DNA from: Andalucia godoyi And28
Taxonomy: Eukaryota > Protista > Jakobida
Assembly: GCA_009859145.1 (NCBI GenBank)
Contig: VRVR01000020.1
Coordinates: 296,452-360,451 of the forward strand
Direction of reading: 5' to 3'
Length of the DNA: 64,000 bases
The translations under genes were made by a program, and so were the position numbers. Under the pieces are notes generated by a model, which ran no database searches, was not told the origin of the DNA, and worked only from the letters and a program-made list of their open reading frames with translations. Each line of letters opens with the position of its first letter. Position 1 is the stretch's first letter. Shown piece after piece: positions 57,001 through 64,000 of this stretch.

Positions 57001-58708
57001 GAATGCAACGTCAAAGCTCAACAATATTAATATTTTCTCCGGCATTTCGCTCACCCAGGCTGGCTTTTACATCATCTTTGACGCCGGTTTGCTGTCTGTC
57101 GGACTGGAGTCGACCGTGAACATCCAGCTGTCCAAGGACACTCCGTCTGCTGCCAACTACATCTCAGTGATGGGTTCTTTCGAGGTTTCACCCACAAAGG
57201 CCGCGGTGTCGACGGCATTGATTAGTCCGTGGTCAAATCCATTTGGAGTGAATGGAATTACCGTGGATGCTGCGTCCATTTCTGTTGAGCTGGATGACTT
57301 TGTTTTGAGTGGGTTTGACTTTGCCGGAACAGTCACCGTTGGTTCGACGACGGGATCGTTTGAGATTATTCTTGGTGGTCTTGACCTGTTTTCCGCTGTT
57401 CTCGCTGCCTCTGTGAAGAACTTGGACCTCACGAAAGACGTCATTGCGCCGATCTGCGGAAAGACTCCCTCTGGCGTTTTCCACAATGTAGTTCTGGGCC
57501 AGACGACCTTGTCCTTGAATCCTACCCTGACGACGATCAAGAACTACCCGCCGGGTATTGCTTTGGACGTTCAGGGTCTGACCTTGGGACCCATCACCTT
57601 GCAGGAGGTTTCTTTTGCCGTTGATCCGGTTCTCGGAGTCCGCATCCAGGTTGATTTCCAGTCGTCCCAGACTGCCAGCATCAGTGTTGGAGCGAATGGA
57701 CTCGTTCCAGTGTCCGATTGGAAAATTATTCTTGATCTGATGCTTTCCATCAACATGGGATTGCACATTGATGGTAACTTGAACATTGCAGGAACACAGT
57801 GCACTTCGAACATTGACATTGATCTCCTTCACTTCCAGATCGCATTTAACTTCTCGACGCCGAACGTCTATGTCGATCTTGTGGGAGGCGTCTCGTCACA
57901 ATCCCCATCCGACTTCTTGGGAATCGCCGATTTTACAGTTGCGGGAGATCTTGACGTGCATGGATATCTCGGAACCAGACTTCCGTACTATGCCCAGCAA
58001 ACCATCAATCAGATTTCTCCCGACATGCAGGGGGTCCTCGACCAAATCAACAAACTGCAATCGGAAATCCAGACTCTGAACAACGAGATTGCCACTCGAT
58101 CGCAAAATGACACACAGTCGAAGCAGGAAGCCGAAGCAGCAGTGCAGAAGGCGCAAGCCGCAGTGGATAGTGCCAAACAGCAAGTCCAAAGCATCAACAA
58201 CCAGATCGCAGCAGCACAGCAGCAGCTGAACAAGTGTGGAAAGTACGATTATGTTTGCCAGGCAAAGTACAAGAGTGAGATCTTGGCGTACCAAGGGGAG
58301 CTTGCAACTGCGAATGCTGGGCTGAGCGTTGCAACAGATGCACTCAATGTTGCGTTGGCCGTTTTGCAAAAGATCCCCGATCCCGATGTTGATCCGGTTA
58401 TTTTGGAATGGAAGGCAGAGCTCTTGTCTGCACAAGGTGCGCTTGCCACCCTGCAGGGGACGTATGCTGCAGACCAGGCCATTGTCAAGAAATGTAGCCA
58501 GGTCGTTCAAGCCGGTTCTGGAGCATTGATTTCAAAGCAGCTTCATTTCTCATCTTCGTCTTTTATTGGCTTGAAGCAGAATCCCAGTGGGGACTGCGAG
58601 ATTGTTGGAAACTTCCTTGGCAACAATATTGACATCCACATTCCAATCAACCTGAACAACATTGAGCAGTTCGTTTCGGATACCTGGAACAAGCTCAAGA
58701 ACATGTAA
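54080..58708 (+). CDS. Large secreted beta-rich repeat protein with C-terminal coiled-coil hairpin (about 1540 aa), function unknown
   Basis: Intronless ORF with a signal peptide (MKRLFCVLSCVLLLSAWAVSA), alternating hydrophobic beta patterns, three internal repeats and an Ala/Gln-rich coiled coil. Confidence 0.85.
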   Translation: MPTNRMKRLFCVLSCVLLLSAWAVSAASPKRLDDWPSSLVIGSLHIDNIVVGAQSGNLYAFSANAYFDYPDLQGHDLTFTISGEIGGPSPLVLQFTGQQVGTWAPFPTSDMQLDFLKIQYDSTTGQGAVSGGTKFGSWTLEVDLDFVALTQPAIGFVVTDAKPSFNGLPGATAHAYDNINSLLNVGIVASTYTGEFQFTSGAKIQVNTGFNMFAASVFDGVTITYHGQFSFQSGFHLSLTADAQGFTLGPDIAVSDATITVSLDSPFVSMAVSAKWLDVPVQLTGSIGSTDIQFSGSSAGPWNIDHGKTPVVLTNMLITFDFNFAQKMTTGELKGTVTWGSFPPVTGIMKYPADGQALGCFSLTAIVGNPNVQLTSIVSQSTGDSSPGSSYPSDSQDLFGTDLTSIELSLYPNCGALFVGAELNSATFGQVDLGFALYDFVPVSTVLRTFANAIPVDPPVPISGSAYTVGTKEAFVSAADAFDAMNTSATDPILVPKAYIQNTFIKYAMNSIMTTIGAFRLPMLVQLTEHKVQIPVQELMGSVQTAVQSVDWITPVFYPNGTWEYLVQMTTQNAKWPLSEPAGVYLVNPSFALASASFEMTVGETTLIAQVGLNFAAGFLFSKSSTTSLNPVKNIISPSCGDTLVQVTGYIGNAQTGFFLQGLLAEGCIPLGDDLILSQTSLRVQSAVPQVSFSTVATLPKTQNLQLQASAVFGTDGTLQLSGATQSVYHTSIGAKPLDIDNINAQLSVHLMGNSSTFSVSLSGAITLDDEEEISVSASFDESSTSFSFTGTVHKDKPVKMFNLLERLIGDDVYNKIPMSPEMKDKLSSVYFVEGTLNFANSPPAIGGGLTVQFLTLLVSASLEFNNGQVSFGFSVQDTGHLAFPFKFSDLIPNVTIIDEFAMSHPVVILSTAPSQLSIPGIEMTYNTQTGLNFFAFLALDNSTPRSTQLTKWLGSNQVTVSGVLDPKDLSFSLNATSKLNNINIFSGISLTQAGFYIIFDAGLLSVGLESTVNIQLSKDTPSAANYISVMGSFEVSPTKAAVSTALISPWSNPFGVNGITVDAASISVELDDFVLSGFDFAGTVTVGSTTGSFEIILGGLDLFSAVLAASVKNLDLTKDVIAPICGKTPSGVFHNVVLGQTTLSLNPTLTTIKNYPPGIALDVQGLTLGPITLQEVSFAVDPVLGVRIQVDFQSSQTASISVGANGLVPVSDWKIILDLMLSINMGLHIDGNLNIAGTQCTSNIDIDLLHFQIAFNFSTPNVYVDLVGGVSSQSPSDFLGIADFTVAGDLDVHGYLGTRLPYYAQQTINQISPDMQGVLDQINKLQSEIQTLNNEIATRSQNDTQSKQEAEAAVQKAQAAVDSAKQQVQSINNQIAAAQQQLNKCGKYDYVCQAKYKSEILAYQGELATANAGLSVATDALNVALAVLQKIPDPDVDPVILEWKAELLSAQGALATLQGTYAADQAIVKKCSQVVQAGSGALISKQLHFSSSSFIGLKQNPSGDCEIVGNFLGNNIDIHIPINLNNIEQFVSDTWNKLKNM

Positions 58709-60143
58709 GGAAGATGGACTCTAGTTCTGCGTCATCGACATATGTTCCAGTAAAATCCCTGAGTATGGTCTGCAGACTCCTTCGGTATTCCTGCATCCCC
58801 ATTTTCGCCACAATGCTCGATATCATGGATTCGTAATCTGCGTACTTTGCAGCGTTCATGCCCTCATGGAACCGGCGCCGAAGTAGCTGCGCTCCTTGAA
58901 TCGCAGGAGTCGGGGAAGACAGTTCCAAGACCTTGTTTCCAGTTTTCGCAGAGTTTGTACATGATGGTGGTGGCATAGGAAACATCTTTGTGGCAAACAG
59001 ACTTTCGAGATGCAAAACGATGCCTTCCTTGAATCGGAGACTCATGCCAACGCTGTTGCCAATCCACAAATGGCAAATTTCATGGAACAAGGATCGACAC
59101 AGCGTGGCGACTGTCCGTTCGAATTCTCTTGCACCTTTCGAAAGAGTGAGAGAATCTTCCAAAGAGACATGCAAGAACACACAACCATCGTGCTCCATCC
59201 CGGCTAACAGATAGTGAGGGACAATCACGAGCGATAAATTAGAACAAGGAAGTGCGGTGCCGAAGAATTCCTCCAGCGTCGAGACGCTCTGCGACATTGC
59301 TTCGAAAAATATCTTCAGAAATGTAGGGTGTGCAGAAGAAGGGTAGTGGTCATTGGGAACCGCAATCTGATAATGAATGTTGCTCTCGTGAAGCTGGGAG
59401 TACCCGTCTTTCACTTTGCAAGCAAAGTTCCCGAGTGCGAATGTGAAAAGGTATGCAGGGAGCGGCGTAGTTGTCGAGAATCTCCAGATTACTTTGGATT
59501 TCCCGGAAACAACTTCAGTGCTTTCGACGTGGGAATTAGAAAACACCAACAGTTTCGAAAGATCTGTTGCGGGAGAGCTGGAGAGCGAAAGCGTAAAAGA
59601 ATAGCTGACGCGACAGTTCGCGCAAGTCACGCACGGATAGACAAGGCTGGAGAAACACGGTTCGCTGTGCATCAGATACAAGGGCATTGCATGCTTGGAC
59701 GAGCCCGGAGCCTCGAGAATAAATAGTCCAATCAGGGAACGAGAGACATCTCCGGAGCACCGGAAAGACAGATCGACATTCTGGCCACTTTTCCACGCTC
59801 CGATCGCCGCTGGAGGGACAATTTCAAGACGCGTTCCGCACTTTGTGTAGAAAGACTTGCACGGAGTCCGTGATTTCCCTTGTTTCAAAGAAATTTCAAG
59901 AATCTTGAGATCGCACGCATCCAAGAAGATGCTGCGACAATCTTCGTGAATCACACCGGAAATGGTTCCGTGGCTGAGAAACTTCTTCGAGCACTCATCA
60001 ATGTCTATCGTGAGGTCATACAAAGACGGCAGAAAGGGAGATTCCATAGCACTGCTTGCAGCCCTACGAGGTCGTTTCTCTGCGTGTATGTACCTCTCTG
60101 CTTTTCTTGTGCTTCCACTCTTTGGGCGCTCCTTTCCTGCCAA
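58695..60143 (-). CDS. M1-family aminopeptidase-like protein, truncated
   Basis: YDLTIDID, SEPCFSSLVYPC, FSTTTPLPAYL, AGMEHDG (GAMEN-like) and HEICHLW. No C-terminal ERAP1-like domain. Confidence 0.75.
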   Translation of the reverse strand: MAGKERPKSGSTRKAERYIHAEKRPRRAASSAMESPFLPSLYDLTIDIDECSKKFLSHGTISGVIHEDCRSIFLDACDLKILEISLKQGKSRTPCKSFYTKCGTRLEIVPPAAIGAWKSGQNVDLSFRCSGDVSRSLIGLFILEAPGSSKHAMPLYLMHSEPCFSSLVYPCVTCANCRVSYSFTLSLSSSPATDLSKLLVFSNSHVESTEVVSGKSKVIWRFSTTTPLPAYLFTFALGNFACKVKDGYSQLHESNIHYQIAVPNDHYPSSAHPTFLKIFFEAMSQSVSTLEEFFGTALPCSNLSLVIVPHYLLAGMEHDGCVFLHVSLEDSLTLSKGAREFERTVATLCRSLFHEICHLWIGNSVGMSLRFKEGIVLHLESLFATKMFPMPPPSCTNSAKTGNKVLELSSPTPAIQGAQLLRRRFHEGMNAAKYADYESMISSIVAKMGMQEYRRSLQTILRDFTGTYVDDAELESIFLTCS

Positions 60144-60387
60144 CCTGCCTGCGAATCTGCGAATATCTCGGCTGCCAATCTAGCGAACGGCAGCGCCCTC
60201 GGTCGACAATTGTCAAAGACGAATGGGAAATTAGAGAAAAGATGGTAACAGGGGGGCGTTTTTCTCATTTCTGCAACTGCACGAAACGGAAGCTCCTCCC
60301 ATTCCTTGCGAACAGCTTCATTTTTTAATGCTTTCTTATTTCATCCCAGGATTGCTGCTTTAGGCTACCGTTTCGAGGCTTTTCATC

Positions 60388-61569
60388 ATGGGCGATCTGG
60401 GTCATGCACTACTGCGCGAAAGACTTGCAGAGTCTGCTTCGCAGGTACTGGACATGTTGCGCACTTTTGACCCAAAGTCGGTTGAACTGTGCCCGAACCT
60501 GCGTAGACTGCTGCTGTCCAACGAAGCGCAGTCTGGAATGAGATTTGTCGTTACAGGTACAGGCAGCTCTGAGGCACATGGCCGTTATCTGGTTCATCTG
60601 ATAAACCGATTCGTTTCGGGCTCAACACACACCGACGGTGTTTCCCGAGTGTATGCTGCAGAATTCGTTCCGTTGTCAACATTTTGTTTGGAGGGTGCGG
60701 CCAATTCAAATTCTGCAAACGCGGTCCTGGTAGTCATTTCCCAGGGCATTTCCGCGAATGCACGCATTGCGCTCAAACAGAGATGCCACTTTCGGCACTG
60801 TGTGCTGTTCACGTCCACCACCGACCGGACGGCGGCCCCGCCGACGGCGAAGGGAGCGTTGCTATTGGCACTTCACGAAGAAGCACGATCTTCTGGGCGC
60901 GCCGACGTTGTGCTTTTTCCAAAGGAAGACGAGTACGTGTTGCTCATCCGTTTGATTGGCCCACTTGCTGGCTATATGCGGGTCCTTCAGTTCGCTCAAG
61001 GAGTCTTTGGCGAGATAAGCAACATCACAACGGCACACTTTCCTACATTCTCTTCTGACATGCTGACGGAAGCTTGGAGTCGCTCCGAGCGAGCGTGTCA
61101 GCAACTTGTCCAGGACATGCCGTTCTCCGATCTCATTGCCCGCGGAATCCAGCTGATTGTGCCGAATGACGTCATCCCGTACTGCCAGAATTTACAATTC
61201 AAGTTCCTGGAAGGTCTGTACACTCCGTTTCCCCCAGTCTGGGATCCGATGAGTTTTGCGCACGGGCCGTTCCAGCAAGCGGAGCGGTACTCTCGAGATC
61301 TGCAGCCGTTTCGATTGTTCTTGCACGGCACTTGCGGTTCCCATTCTTCGCTCGCAGAACGGCTGCGCCAAATGGTTCCCTCTCTTGTTCAAGTGGCATC
61401 AGATCTTCCTGCGCCGTATCGAATTTTTGAATTTGAGTTTATTTTGAACCGATACATTGCTCAAGCATGCGAGAGCCTGCAGATCAACCAAATGGACTGG
61501 CCTGGCAAGGGTCTTGATGGCCCTCTTTATCTGCTGGATCATGTGCTGTTTGAAACCCCAAAGGAGTAG
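60388..61569 (+). CDS. Double SIS-domain sugar isomerase-like protein (GlmS isomerase-half type)
   Basis: VVTGTGSSEAHG, VVISQGISANA, KFLEGL and FAHGPFQQ parallel the SIS motifs GxGSS, xSQSGxT, KxxE and FxHGP. Confidence 0.7.
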   Translation: MGDLGHALLRERLAESASQVLDMLRTFDPKSVELCPNLRRLLLSNEAQSGMRFVVTGTGSSEAHGRYLVHLINRFVSGSTHTDGVSRVYAAEFVPLSTFCLEGAANSNSANAVLVVISQGISANARIALKQRCHFRHCVLFTSTTDRTAAPPTAKGALLLALHEEARSSGRADVVLFPKEDEYVLLIRLIGPLAGYMRVLQFAQGVFGEISNITTAHFPTFSSDMLTEAWSRSERACQQLVQDMPFSDLIARGIQLIVPNDVIPYCQNLQFKFLEGLYTPFPPVWDPMSFAHGPFQQAERYSRDLQPFRLFLHGTCGSHSSLAERLRQMVPSLVQVASDLPAPYRIFEFEFILNRYIAQACESLQINQMDWPGKGLDGPLYLLDHVLFETPKE

Positions 61570-61585
61570 GAATGTCTGCAGCTAT

Positions 61586-61628
<43 letters not shown>
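61586..61628. repeat. (GT)n microsatellite
   Basis: Read directly, downstream of the SIS gene. Confidence 0.95.
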
Positions 61629-61629
<1 letters not shown>

Positions 61630-61774
61630 CTGGTGCGTCGAGGAAAGGCAGAGACAGAACTTAAATCAATGAATGCGTTTGGATATAAACACAGCTGAAG
61701 GGTTTAAGGACTTTTTTATCTTGATTCATTCTTGAAGTTGGGGGCAAGTCACTGATGGGCAACAGCGCATCGTC

Positions 61775-63109
61775 TTATAATGACAGCACAGCAGCGCACA
61801 ATGCAGAGATCAATAATATGGGCAAATCAAGCGCAAGAACATCCATTTTTGCAACCGACTGCGATGACGGACTGGGAGACGGTGATGGAGACGGTGATGG
61901 AGGCCCGGAGCTGCAGTAAGCGTTGAAATTCGAGCCGTTGTTCGTAAAGAACAAATTCTGCTGCGCGTACGTAATCCAGGAAGTCAGGGGACAAAGTTGC
62001 ACATTTCCGCACCACGGAATGGTCAGGTTGTCGGTGCGGAAAACATCACCAAGATACTGGTAATTGTACTTTGCTTGGACATACAAGTCGGAAGCGTTGT
62101 TTGCATTCTGATGGAGCTCGAAAAGGATGTAGGACGCAAAAGGCGGCTGGCGATAGTAGTTTTGAAACACTCCAAGAGCATACAGTGCCGCAGCGACAGA
62201 GGTTTCGTGGGACACGAAGAGCGCAAATGTCGTCGATGGCAAGGAGGAGCCGGAGAAGCCTGCCGGCCACGAGTACGGAAATGCAGAAGTTGCAGCAGAA
62301 GGACTGAAGAACAAAGTAACAAACTGCATGAAATTGCCAATTGTCAGACCCGCCGACACATTACCCGAGTACATGTAGCGGTACGTGTACAGATTAAACA
62401 TGTCCACAGTTTTGTTCATGAGCACTGACGTCACCCAGGAGGCTTGCTGCGTGTTGTTCGCCTGGTCAGCCATCATGACATCCGCAGCAGATGACGTCAG
62501 CGCGGCATAGTTGAGTTGTGGGACCGTCCACATCGTGGGAAGCGGCCAGCCCGTGAGCACGGGTAAGTTGATGAGAGTTTCATAGTCACTGGTGAAGGCA
62601 GCAGCGTTTGTCAGCAAGTTCCATTCCCATGCAAGACTCACATAGTGACAATTCGAGTTCGTTTGATCGACCGGATACTGCGGATTATTGCCACTTGAAA
62701 AATAATTCACATTGATGGAACTCTGCTGAGAAGGATACATACCCAGCAACTGATAGGCAGCCGAGAGCGCACACCGTTTGCAATCAGACGCTGCTAGCGC
62801 GTACACCTGCGACGTCGAATAGGAATTGGGAAGGATGCTCGGCCCATACATGGAGCGCAGGCGCCTGCCATTGGCAAGATGCTCCTGCTGCCCGATGTAC
62901 GTCAACTCCCCTGGGGTTGTCCCCCACACATTCTGAAACTGCGTCAAATTGCAGCATGCAACATCGCCTGAGTAAGGTATCTCTTCAGGAGTGCGGGCAC
63001 CGTGGCGAGCAAGCTCCACAACTTTCACAACATTTGTGTCCAGTGCGAAGACGGACACAAGTGCACAGAGCAGCACGCACTGCGCAATCAGCTGCGTAAG
63101 GCTTGCCAT
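61775..63109 (-). CDS. Secreted or GPI-anchored histidine acid phosphatase
   Basis: Signal peptide, RHGARTP, C-terminal PS-repeat linker and hydrophobic tail. Confidence 0.88.
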   Translation of the reverse strand: MASLTQLIAQCVLLCALVSVFALDTNVVKVVELARHGARTPEEIPYSGDVACCNLTQFQNVWGTTPGELTYIGQQEHLANGRRLRSMYGPSILPNSYSTSQVYALAASDCKRCALSAAYQLLGMYPSQQSSINVNYFSSGNNPQYPVDQTNSNCHYVSLAWEWNLLTNAAAFTSDYETLINLPVLTGWPLPTMWTVPQLNYAALTSSAADVMMADQANNTQQASWVTSVLMNKTVDMFNLYTYRYMYSGNVSAGLTIGNFMQFVTLFFSPSAATSAFPYSWPAGFSGSSLPSTTFALFVSHETSVAAALYALGVFQNYYRQPPFASYILFELHQNANNASDLYVQAKYNYQYLGDVFRTDNLTIPWCGNVQLCPLTSWITYAQQNLFFTNNGSNFNAYCSSGPPSPSPSPSPSPSSQSVAKMDVLALDLPILLISALCAAVLSL

Positions 63110-64000
63110 ATTGCACCTTCAGATTTCAAGAAGAATGGAATGACTGGAGGGAAGGAAGGGACAGCAATGCAAGATTGGTGAACAGAAACAAACGAACGTA
63201 TGCGAAATTTATATTTTCCGTTTAAATAAACGTTCTTTAAAATCATTCAGCAGACCCCAAATTTGATGGTTGGCGGGAGGATGGATGGTGGCTGGGAAGG
63301 AAGACGGCAAGCTGGCAAAAGCACCAGCCCACTACCCTCTGCTCAGACGATGGCTCCAGTCATTTGTGCACCATCATCAGCTGAAAGTCTGTCGTGAATT
63401 TTTGGCACCCGCAAATACGGAAAATGGTCCACAGCACTTTTTCTGAGATAGTGTTCGGGACTGGTAGAGTCGCGGATGGCGAGCAATCTGGCACACGAAT
63501 ATCGCCTGGGGACGACGCCGTTTAGGAGTTATACGTAATATATTAATTACCTAATTCCCGACTACAGTCGTTTATTTCGCGCGAAGAATGCTTTCTTAGG
63601 GTGAGCTGTTTTTTATGAATGCAGCACGCTGAGCATTGCCGATCCATCATCAGAGGTACTGTGCTTACGACATTTACACAGTAGTCGTGAAGGTGCTCGC
63701 CAACGGTCCATGGCCTTCTGTGTGCTCATTGCTGGCAAACACATGAGTCAACCCACCATCTCTGCTGTCTGGCTTTTATGACAAGCGACTGATGAGGGAA
63801 AGGAGCGAGTGGGTCTCCGCTCGGTGCGTGTGAATCGGAATCGTGGAATCTCCAATCGTGCATACATCTTGTTTTACTGCATACTGCTACCGCGAGCTGC
63901 GCATCGTCAAGTACAGAGTGCACAGATCGCCCTGCGGCTTCAGCAGCAGCGGCGGAACGATGCTCGGCTTGTGTCCGCCGGCAAAGCAGCAGTCTCGAAA

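Noticed and set aside
63110-64000. Possible gene or element at the window end
   Set aside because: All six frames are interrupted or unrecognisable, and there is no repeat or RNA motif shared with the rest of the window.

Overview
A gene-dense eukaryotic (protist-like) window with about 36 protein-coding genes, few short GT-AG introns and microsatellite-rich intergenic spacers. Housekeeping genes include SQT1-like WD40, eIF3k, SNF8, COX19, mitochondrial bL25, RAB14, SEC16, MFSD5, CSC1/OSCA, CHD1L, NUP107, CWC15-like, NDUFB11, SF3B4, MscS, G6PD, IMPACT, a DHHC palmitoyltransferase and 6PGL. Host identity cannot be established from the sequence; a heterotrophic protist such as a jakobid is only a guess. 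The most interesting signal is non-coding. A decayed Fanzor/TnpB nuclease 3' end (13766-14110, minus) carries an apparently intact, highly structured right-end RNA. A second, ORF-less homolog of that RNA lies 34.6 kb away (48379-48531, plus). The two share a 5' G-C stem-loop with a structure-preserving change, a 3' terminal motif able to form a pseudoknot, and tetraloop-capped hairpins, but differ in middle sequence and 3' flank. This suggests stand-alone omega-RNA guide loci. Other candidates are a 1,540-aa secreted beta-repeat/coiled-coil protein, a bacterial-like double-SIS sugar isomerase, G6PD and 6PGL in close proximity, a shortened M1 peptidase, a secreted CX5R phosphatase and a CHD1L with an extra BRCT-like domain. 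No database search was possible, so all family assignments come from motif recognition.
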